From IMG/VR virus record IMGVR_UViG_3300046812_000144: a stretch of DNA of 64,000 nucleotides; one strand, 5' to 3'. The notes beneath the pieces are model-generated. The model had not been told where the DNA came from, made no database searches, and saw nothing but the letters and a program-made list of their open reading frames with translations. Shown in pieces: positions 19,543 through 26,666 of the stretch. The number at the start of each line of letters is the position of its first letter. The stretch's first letter is position 1. This DNA is from an uncultured virus (IMG/VR IMGVR_UViG_3300046812_000144). Its lineage: Duplodnaviria > Heunggongvirae > Uroviricota > Caudoviricetes. The position numbers were made by a program, and so were the translations under genes.

Positions 19543-21979
19543 AGCAGACTCACCGTACCTGTTCGTGATGGTGAGCAAGCCATCCGATGGCATGATGGCA
19601 TGGTTCTGGCGGCAGGTTCACGCAGCGGGCATCCTCAAGGCGAAGTGCCGCCTCGTGTACCTGATCGACGAGCCGCCCGCAGGCGCGGGCAACAAGCCGC
19701 TCAAGTCGCAGATCCGCTCGGCGCGCACGCGCTTCGAGCAGGACATCAAGCGTAGCAAGCCGCAGGTCGTCATCCCGATGGGCACCGAGCCCTTCAACCT
19801 GCTGACGGGCATCAACGAGGGCATCTTCGACGCGCGTGGTTACCTGATCCAGAAGGACCTGTTCCGCCCCAAGGCGACCGAGGTCTGGAAGCAGGTCGGC
19901 ACGTACGTCAACGCGAGCAAGGCGACCGGCGCGAAGGCCGGCGACCCCAAGATGAAGTGGGTGAAGGAACTCATGCCGGGCCTGCTGGACGGGTTCGACG
20001 GCTACGTCATTCCCACGTTCACGCTCGATCACATCCGTACTGAAGGTTATGCTGTGAGCCCGGCGTTCATCGCTGATCTCCAGCGCGTCTGCCGAGCAGG
20101 CAACGGGGATCTTCGTGAGGTCGCGCTCTCCAACTACCACACGGTCTTGGAGACCTGCCCCGGCCCCGAACTGCTCGGTGATCTTGTGGCCGTCGACATC
20201 GAGACTCACGGAATCGACAACGAGGTCATCGACCTCGTCTCCTTCTCCGATGGGGAGACGACGGCCGCCCTCGACTGGAGCGAGGGAACTCGCGTCTACA
20301 TCGAGCGCCTGATGAACCAGCCGGGCCGCATGATCGCGTTCCACAACAGCCCGTTCGATCTGCCCCGGCTCCAAGCCAACGGCGTCTACGTGAGCCAGTC
20401 GGTCATCGACACTCAGTTGTTCGACACGATGTTCGCCTTCGTCAACGTCCAGCCCGACCTGCACAAGGCACTCGGGCGGGCGTGCTCCGTGCTGCTGGAC
20501 CTGCGTCCGTGGAAGACGAGCAGCCGCAACAAGGTCGACACTCACTGGCGCGCGATGGTCAAGTCGGACCCGCGTCGCTATTCGGCGAAGGACAGCTTCA
20601 ACACGTACTGGCTCGCGACGCAGTTGATCGCGGTCATGAAGCAGCTTGGCGCGTGGGACTACTTCATGGGGCAGGGCAAGCATCCCGGCCCCGGCGTCAT
20701 GGCAACCCTGCCCGTGCTGGCCGAGATGTCGCGCGGCGGCATCCGAGTTTCACGCAGGGCCGCGCTGGCCCTCCAGCCCAAGCTGGAGAAGCGGGCGATG
20801 CGCTACGCTCAGATGTGGCGGCGGATGTTCCCGCTCGTGAACCCGATGTCGAACCCGCAGTTGATGAAGCTCTTCTACAAGAAGTGGGGCCTGCCCCCGC
20901 AGCGGAACAAGGAGGACGGCATCAGCGTGGACGAACTCGCGCTGGTCCGGCTCTCGGCGTTCGTGAAGGACAACCGAGAGGACGAGACGATCCCCGGCGC
21001 GTGGCAGACCGACGCGCGCTCGGTACCTCGGACGTTCGAGCTACTGCTGAAGCTCCGCAAGGTGACCAAGATGCTTGGCACTTACGTCACGCCTGTCATG
21101 CTTGGCGAGGACCAGTGGGTGCATCCGAGCTATCTGCCGGCGTCGAAGGACTCCGAGCGGGGCGGTGCGAAGATGGACGCGAAGGGCGCGGCGGCCACGG
21201 GCCGGCTCGCCAGCTTCGGGCCCAACATCCAGAACCAGATGAAGGACGAGATCGCCGGCACGACCGTGCGGCACCTGTACGTGCCCGACACGGACGCGAT
21301 GTGCTTCGTGCAGGCCGACTACTCGGCTGCTGAACTCTGGGCGCAGGGTGGCATGGCGAACGACCGGAAGCTACTCAAGGACTTGCAGGGCACGAAGCCC
21401 AACGACATCCACACGCTGAACGCTGCCCGTATCGGGGTGAGCCGCAAGGTCTGCAAGAACGTGACCTACGCCTCGCAGTACCTCGCCGGCCCGGCCAAGG
21501 TGTCGTCGATGATCTTGGAGCAGGAGCACTTCTACGTCAGTGTCGCCGAGTGTCTCGAAGTCGCCAACGGCATCTGGGGCTACTACACCGATGTCACGGC
21601 GTACAAGGAGATGCTGGTCGACCTCTGCACGGAGCAGCGGTACATCACCAACCCGTTCGGTCGCACCCGGTTCTTCCACTCCGGCAAGGCGACGGCGGCG
21701 GTCAACTTCATCCCGCAGTCGATCGTGGCGGACATCCTCTGGTGCGTCCTGAAGCCCGTTGCGGACTTCGCGCGCTCCCTCGATGGCCGGCTCGTCACGA
21801 CGGTCCACGACTCGATCCTCCTCTGCGTCCCGGCCGACAAGGTCGACGAAGCAGCGAGGGGGCTGAAGACGATCATGGAGCAGCGGTTCCACAACATCAA
21901 GAAGAACTTCTATATCCCCGTGAGCGTCGAGGTCGGAGCACCCGGCGCGAGTTGGGGCGAACTGGAGGAGATCGCGTGA
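19526..21979 (+). CDS. polA: Family A DNA polymerase with N-terminal UDG-like domain and 3'-5' exonuclease
   Basis: Exonuclease motifs VDIET, HNSPFD and YSAKD; TGRLAS and PNIQN; motif A ADYSAAE, motif B RKVCKNVTYASQY, motif C TVHDS. The N-terminal PQVVIPMG...IPTF pattern resembles the UDG fold. Confidence 0.92.
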   Translation: MKAEGRADSPYLFVMVSKPSDGMMAWFWRQVHAAGILKAKCRLVYLIDEPPAGAGNKPLKSQIRSARTRFEQDIKRSKPQVVIPMGTEPFNLLTGINEGIFDARGYLIQKDLFRPKATEVWKQVGTYVNASKATGAKAGDPKMKWVKELMPGLLDGFDGYVIPTFTLDHIRTEGYAVSPAFIADLQRVCRAGNGDLREVALSNYHTVLETCPGPELLGDLVAVDIETHGIDNEVIDLVSFSDGETTAALDWSEGTRVYIERLMNQPGRMIAFHNSPFDLPRLQANGVYVSQSVIDTQLFDTMFAFVNVQPDLHKALGRACSVLLDLRPWKTSSRNKVDTHWRAMVKSDPRRYSAKDSFNTYWLATQLIAVMKQLGAWDYFMGQGKHPGPGVMATLPVLAEMSRGGIRVSRRAALALQPKLEKRAMRYAQMWRRMFPLVNPMSNPQLMKLFYKKWGLPPQRNKEDGISVDELALVRLSAFVKDNREDETIPGAWQTDARSVPRTFELLLKLRKVTKMLGTYVTPVMLGEDQWVHPSYLPASKDSERGGAKMDAKGAAATGRLASFGPNIQNQMKDEIAGTTVRHLYVPDTDAMCFVQADYSAAELWAQGGMANDRKLLKDLQGTKPNDIHTLNAARIGVSRKVCKNVTYASQYLAGPAKVSSMILEQEHFYVSVAECLEVANGIWGYYTDVTAYKEMLVDLCTEQRYITNPFGRTRFFHSGKATAAVNFIPQSIVADILWCVLKPVADFARSLDGRLVTTVHDSILLCVPADKVDEAARGLKTIMEQRFHNIKKNFYIPVSVEVGAPGASWGELEEIA

Positions 21980-22359
21980 GACATGAGTTTCCAGTACCTG
22001 ACCCATCGGCTACGGCCGGCAGCGGTCAGTTCACCGTGAAGGACAGCGGCAAGCGCGAGGCGTATGCCTCGGGCATGGTCCGTGACACGCAGGACAACAA
22101 GCTGATGTACGAACTCGTCTTCGACGGGCCCCTCGTGGATCGGCTGGCCGCGCACCTGACGAAGGGCGCAGTCAAGTATGGCAAGAGCAACTGGACGCTC
22201 GCGAACAGTGAAGCCGAGATGGAGCGGTTCCGCTCGTCGGCCACACGGCACATGCGCCAGTGGCTGCGGGGCGATCAGGACGAGGACCACGCGATGGCCG
22301 TCGTCTTCAACATCAACGCATACGAGTACGTGAAGGCACGGCTCGCGGAGGGCAAGTGA
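21976..22359 (+). CDS. dATP/dGTP diphosphohydrolase-domain protein (DUF5664-like)
   Basis: KDSGKREAYASGMVRD, GAVKYGKSNW, SATRH and EDHAMAVVFN. Confidence 0.8.
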   Translation: MRHEFPVPDPSATAGSGQFTVKDSGKREAYASGMVRDTQDNKLMYELVFDGPLVDRLAAHLTKGAVKYGKSNWTLANSEAEMERFRSSATRHMRQWLRGDQDEDHAMAVVFNINAYEYVKARLAEGK

Positions 22360-22589
22360 AGCTCCAGATCGCGGCGATTCGCCGCAAGGGCAGTTGGCGT
22401 GGTGCGCTCGTCGAGGAAGGGCGCTTCATGGATGCGCTCATCATGCCGGGTCTGTTCGACCTCGCCACGACGGCGCTGAGTCAACTCATCCTCCTGAACG
22501 ACGAGCCGGATGGCACCTTGGTCACGATCGAGGTGACGCTCGCTCCGCCGGCTGCGGAGGGCTCCGCGGGTGGACAGCCAACTTCGTGA
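22356..22589 (+). CDS. Hypothetical protein
   Basis: GTGA coupling. Confidence 0.55.
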   Translation: MKLQIAAIRRKGSWRGALVEEGRFMDALIMPGLFDLATTALSQLILLNDEPDGTLVTIEVTLAPPAAEGSAGGQPTS

Positions 22590-23040
22590 TGAACTGACGC
22601 GCGACGAGGGCTGTCGGCTCTCGGCGTACCAAGACACGCGAGGCTTCTGGACGATCGGCGTCGGGCACCTGCTTGGCAATGCCGCCCGGATGACCTCGAT
22701 CACGCCGTACGAGGCGCTATCGCTCCTCGCGGGCGATGTCGATGCAGCCCAGAAGGCCATCGAGGAACTGTTCCCCGACTGGTCACCCTGCGGCTGCACG
22801 CACGTCATGTGCGAGGGCGATCGGGTGCGTAACCGGGCGCTCATCAACATGGTCTTCAACCGTGGCATCGGGGCGATGCAGACCTCGACGAGTATCACGC
22901 CGGCCATCAGGCAGGCGATGAAGGACAAGAACTGGGCCCCAGTGACGGTGGCGATTGCGGGCTCCGAATGGGCCCGCCAAGTTGGAGCGCGCGCCACCCG
23001 GCTCGCGTACATGCTGGAACATGGGGAGGTCATGCCGTGA
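22570..23040 (+). CDS. Endolysin, T4-like lysozyme (GH24)
   Basis: RDEGCRLSAYQDTRGFWTIGVGHL (E-x8-D-x5-T triad), ALINMVFN and SEWARQVGARA. Confidence 0.92.
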   Translation: MDSQLRDELTRDEGCRLSAYQDTRGFWTIGVGHLLGNAARMTSITPYEALSLLAGDVDAAQKAIEELFPDWSPCGCTHVMCEGDRVRNRALINMVFNRGIGAMQTSTSITPAIRQAMKDKNWAPVTVAIAGSEWARQVGARATRLAYMLEHGEVMP

Positions 23041-23361
23041 ACGAGCTTCGCGAAGCAGTCGTGCGCCTGTGCAACGCCGCCTACTGGGAGGACAACTCCG
23101 GTCGGAAGACCGAGTCCGAGCAGCGGGCGCTCTGGCAGGCTGTCCTGAAGGCCGGCCTCATCACCCGTGACGAGTTCGGAGTCTGGCGGTGAGGTTCAAG
23201 AACGGAAGCCCGTTGGTCATCTATCTCGTGACGTATCAGGAGAGCGGTGACACGGTTGCTTTCACCAGCGTCAGAGAGCGGAAGCAGTTCGTCACGGCGA
23301 TGGAAGGTTACACCGACGCCGAAACTCCCGTGCTCGCCACCTACGTACTGAAGGAGAAGAA

Positions 23362-23940
23362 GTGAGGATCGGACTCGACATCGACGGCGTGATGTACAAG
23401 TGGGACAAGACGGCGCGCTACATGCTCCGCGAAGTCCTGCCCAACAGCCCCTACAAGATGGGCCCGCTCAAGGAGAGCGAGTCGCAGTACTGGAACTGGA
23501 TCAAGGACAACGTCTCGCCCGAGCACTGGCGCTGGCTCTGGGAAGAGGCAGTGGGCCTCGGCCTCTACCGGTACGGCCACCTGTACCCCGGCACGGTCCA
23601 AGCCGTGAGGGAACTGGCGACGGTGGGCGAGGTCGTGCTCATCACGCACCGCCCGAAGGATGCCATCCGTGACACGGTTGCGTGGCTGTCGCTGCTCGAC
23701 CTGCCGGTCGCCGGGATGAGCTTCCTGACGAACATGGAGCCGAAGTCCCTCGTGCTGCCGCACTGCGACATCTACCTCGACGACAAGCCGGAGAACATCG
23801 TCGACCTGATGGAGAACACCAGCGGTGACGCCGTCATGATGCACCAGCCATGGAACAAGGATCACCGCCACCTCGGCGGGGTCGCCACATGGGCCGCGTT
23901 CGTGGAGCGCGTCCGCAACCTCAAGGGAGTACCCGCGTGA
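23362..23940 (+). CDS. HAD-family 5'(3')-deoxyribonucleotidase (NT5C-like)
   Basis: IGLDIDGV, ITHR, YLDDKPEN and QPWN. Confidence 0.85.
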   Translation: MRIGLDIDGVMYKWDKTARYMLREVLPNSPYKMGPLKESESQYWNWIKDNVSPEHWRWLWEEAVGLGLYRYGHLYPGTVQAVRELATVGEVVLITHRPKDAIRDTVAWLSLLDLPVAGMSFLTNMEPKSLVLPHCDIYLDDKPENIVDLMENTSGDAVMMHQPWNKDHRHLGGVATWAAFVERVRNLKGVPA

Positions 23941-24473
23941 AGACGCTTCTCGTCACACTGATGCTCATGCTCGCTGTCCCGGCCCATGCGGCCGTCTCGC
24001 TGTTCGCCACGGTCAATCCGCAGTCCGAAGTCCGCAACCCGGTGCAGGGCGGAGCCTCCGTGGAGGGCAAGGGCCTGCGACTCGGGGCCTCCCTCGGCGC
24101 TGCCGGCGCTGCCAGTGGCACGCTCGATCTGGTGGAGCGCACGCGTTCGGGCCTCGTGCTCGGCGTCGGCGTCGTGGCCGATCGGCTGTTCGCGGACGAC
24201 TACTCGGACGTGATCGTCGTGCTCGACTCGACGACCACCGTCAGCCGTCACGATCAGGGCAAGCACAAGGGTGATAAGCACCAGCACGGCAACCGCACGT
24301 TCACGACGGTCCGCTCGTACCAGAGCGTCCTGTCCATTGGCAACGTCGACCTTGGCCTGTCGTCCTCGCTGTTCCTCGGCGTCGGTGGCCCCCGTGGCCT
24401 GTTCGCCGAGTCGCGCGCCGTGTTCAACGGTGGCGAGGTGAGCGACCGGGTCAGCGTGGGCCTGCGGTGGTAG
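23937..24473 (+). CDS. Secreted, putative outer-membrane beta-barrel protein
   Basis: Signal peptide ending in AHA, amphipathic beta-strands, C-terminal VSVGLRW and a His/Lys-rich insert. Confidence 0.55.
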   Translation: MKTLLVTLMLMLAVPAHAAVSLFATVNPQSEVRNPVQGGASVEGKGLRLGASLGAAGAASGTLDLVERTRSGLVLGVGVVADRLFADDYSDVIVVLDSTTTVSRHDQGKHKGDKHQHGNRTFTTVRSYQSVLSIGNVDLGLSSSLFLGVGGPRGLFAESRAVFNGGEVSDRVSVGLRW

Positions 24474-24651
24474 TGATCTGCGACGCGTACGCATGGGGCG
24501 ACGTGCCTCCGCCATGGGCGTTACTGCCCGACGGGACGCTCGTCGTCGTCATCGACCCCACGCGCGGTGGCAGTCGGGGCGATGGGACACCCATCCGGTG
24601 CTACCTTGCCGGTCGGGTCGAAAGTGGCAAGGTGCCACACTGGACGGCCGT

Positions 24652-25236
24652 ATGAACAACAAGATGCTGCTGATCGACACCGAGACAGGGGGACTAGACG
24701 CCTCCTCTCACTCGATCCTCTCGCTGGCCGCCCTCGTGGTGGACTACGCGGGGCGGACGATCGACGAGATGTACACGCTCATCGACGAGGGCGAGAACGT
24801 CATCACCGAGGACTCAGCGCTCGCGATCAATGGCCTCTCGATGGTCACGATCCAGCAGAGGGGCGTCTCGCCGATCCGGGCCGTGGGCCTGCTCTACGAG
24901 ATGCTGAACCGGCACAACATGCTGCACAACGTCACGGTCGTGGCGCACAGTGTCAAGTTCGACTTCCCGTTCCTGCGGCGTCTGTTCCGCGAGGCCGGCA
25001 TCAACGACACCTGCTTCAACGATGTGTTCTCCCACCGGACGATCTGCACGCAGGCCGGCGCGGGGCTCCTCATGCAGGCCGGCGTCATCAATCCGACGTC
25101 GACCTCCCTCGCTAATCTGTGCGAGTACTTCAAGATTCCACTCAATCGGACGAAGGGCCACAACGCACTGGAAGATGCACGGGCCACGGCCGCGGTGTTC
25201 GAGTGCCTGCTGCAACGCTGTCAGGAGGGCCTGTGA
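24652..25236 (+). CDS. DEDDh 3'-5' exonuclease (DnaQ/RNase T-like)
   Basis: IDTETGGL, AHSVKFD and HNALEDA. Confidence 0.88.
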   Translation: MNNKMLLIDTETGGLDASSHSILSLAALVVDYAGRTIDEMYTLIDEGENVITEDSALAINGLSMVTIQQRGVSPIRAVGLLYEMLNRHNMLHNVTVVAHSVKFDFPFLRRLFREAGINDTCFNDVFSHRTICTQAGAGLLMQAGVINPTSTSLANLCEYFKIPLNRTKGHNALEDARATAAVFECLLQRCQEGL

Positions 25237-25487
25237 AGCAGAAGCCGAAGATCAACATCGTGCTGGAGACGCTCTGCGGTTGCACGCGGACGTTGGAGAA
25301 CGTCGAGCGGTTCACTGGTACGTACTACCAAGTGATGCTGCCGACGACTGCGAAGTTCTTCGACCCGGATCAGACCGACCTGTTCGACGTGAGCCCCGAG
25401 GCGAATCGGCGCACGTTCCAGATCGAGCGGACGACGTGGATCACGGATGACTACTGTGTGATGCACTACAAGGAGATCCGCAGGTAG
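25233..25487 (+). CDS. Hypothetical protein
   Basis: GTGA coupling; last CDS of the + arm. Confidence 0.6.
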   Translation: MKQKPKINIVLETLCGCTRTLENVERFTGTYYQVMLPTTAKFFDPDQTDLFDVSPEANRRTFQIERTTWITDDYCVMHYKEIRR

Positions 25488-25532
25488 GGTTCCGACACGG
25501 GTTCTAAGCGATTGCACCGTATGCCTAAGTCG

Positions 25533-25635
25533 GCGGCCCGGACCAGCCGCGTGCATGAGGTCTACAACGTGGGGAGCCGGCCAGCGGTTTATAGGGGGCC
25601 TGCAAGCGGAACGCGGTGGCGTCGGGTCCGCACCA
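25533..25635 (+). ncRNA. Candidate rod-shaped RNA with 3' ACCA
   Basis: GCGGCCCGGACCAGCCGCGT pairs imperfectly with ACGCGGTGGCGTCGGGTCCGC, leaving ACCA unpaired 4 nt before tRNA-Asn. Confidence 0.45.
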
Positions 25636-25639
25636 TCTT

Positions 25640-25716
25640 TGGCATGTAGCTCAGTTGGTAGATGCACCCGTCTGTTAAACGGGAGGTCGCAGGTTCGAGT
25701 CCTGCCATGCCAGCCA
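25640..25716 (+). tRNA. tRNA-Asn(GTT)
   Basis: Acceptor TGGCATG/CATGCCA, anticodon arm CCCGT-CTGTTAA-ACGGG, T arm GCAGG-TTCGAGT-CCTGC, G73 and encoded CCA. Confidence 0.95.
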
Positions 25717-25718
25717 GC

Positions 25719-25793
25719 GTGACTGGTCGCGAAGAGTCGAGCGGGGAGGCTGTGAACCTCCCTTACCGGATGCGAGTTCCGGCAGTCACTCCA
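25719..25793 (+). tRNA. Non-canonical tRNA-His(GTG)-like RNA
   Basis: Acceptor GTGACTG/CAGTCAC, anticodon arm GGAGG-CTGTGAA-CCTCC, T arm CCGGA-TGCGAGT-TCCGG, U73 and CCA. Confidence 0.78.
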
Positions 25794-25800
25794 CAAACGC

Positions 25801-25848
25801 AAAAAGCCCCGTCAGTCCTGTTCAAGGACCGGCGGGGCTTTCGTGTTT
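25801..25848. terminator. Bidirectional intrinsic terminator between the convergent arms
   Basis: AAAAAGCCCCGTC...GGCGGGGCTTT hairpin with A and T tracts on either side. Confidence 0.85.
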
Positions 25849-25856
25849 CTACTGGG

Positions 25857-25985
25857 CTACTTCAGGTGCATCCGCTTCTCGACGAGCATCGCGCCGACCG
25901 CGAAGCCCGCTCCGAAGAGCAGGCCGTTCAGTACGATGCCGACGGCCGAGACGAGCAACTGCAACAGCATGAGCAGGACGTTCAT
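25857..25985 (-). CDS. Small membrane protein (42 aa) in the lysis region
   Basis: MNVLLMLLQLLVSAVGIVLNGLLFGAGFAVGAMLVEKRMHLK, read directly from the sequence. Confidence 0.6.
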   Translation of the reverse strand: MNVLLMLLQLLVSAVGIVLNGLLFGAGFAVGAMLVEKRMHLK

Positions 25986-25986
25986 G

Positions 25987-26412
25987 TCAGTGGTTCCCCT
26001 GTGCATTGTTCACCTTCTCGTAGGTGCGAAGACCGGCCATGCCGAGCATCGCGAGAAGGATCGGTGAGAGTGTGGACATATCGACTACGGGTGCTACGAA
26101 CGGCTTGCCGTGGGCAACCGCCACGAGGGCGATGACCATCTGCACGAACGGACCGACGACGTATGCCATCGCCAGTCCACCACCACAGACCCAACCGACG
26201 CCCGGTCGCCAGCCGGCGATGAACGCGTTCGGGGATGCGGCCTCGACCGCGTTGATGTTCGCCTGCTGCGCCATCGCGGCGAGATCACCGCTCTGCTGCA
26301 TCTCGGCGAGCTTCTGGATCGCATCGGCCTTGGCTTTCGGATCGGGGACGAACCGTTCGATCAGAGCCTTGCCGAAGTCGAGCACGCTACTCAGTGGATC
26401 GAGTGACATCAT
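25987..26412 (-). CDS. Holin (3TM gene-transfer-agent type)
   Basis: QANINAVEAASPNAFIAGWRPGVGWVC...LLAMLGMAGLRTYEK. Confidence 0.85.
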   Translation of the reverse strand: MMSLDPLSSVLDFGKALIERFVPDPKAKADAIQKLAEMQQSGDLAAMAQQANINAVEAASPNAFIAGWRPGVGWVCGGGLAMAYVVGPFVQMVIALVAVAHGKPFVAPVVDMSTLSPILLAMLGMAGLRTYEKVNNAQGNH

Positions 26413-26666
26413 TGCCTCCGCGCCAAGAGCCGATCGAGCTTACGACTCTGCTCGTGCTGCTCGGTCTTGATCTCGTCGAGCGACTTGTCGACGCCCTTCG
26501 TGTGATCTTCGAGCACGCTGATGCGTGACTCGTGGTTGTGCCCCTCGGTCGAAAGCCGAGAGGCCATCGCCGCTACTCCCGTGATCGCCACGCCGATGAT
26601 GGCCGTGATGAGGGCCTTGATGACCCACGAGGGAATGACGGTCTGCTTCAGTACTGTATGGTTCAC
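26409..26666 (-). CDS. TM plus coiled-coil protein (holin/XhlA-like)
   Basis: One TM followed by RISVLE...LDEIK...KLDRLL; adjacent to the holin. Confidence 0.55.
   Translation of the reverse strand: MNHTVLKQTVIPSWVIKALITAIIGVAITGVAAMASRLSTEGHNHESRISVLEDHTKGVDKSLDEIKTEQHEQSRKLDRLLARRQ

Noticed and set aside
21976..22359. Z-genome (2-aminoadenine) or 7-deazaguanine pathway
   Set aside because: No PurZ, DpdA or Que/FolE-like genes were recognised anywhere in the genome.
25533..25635. SRP RNA, tmRNA or Y RNA identity for the rod RNA
   Set aside because: It lacks the SRP domain IV motif and a T-arm or tag ORF, and no Ro60 gene is present.
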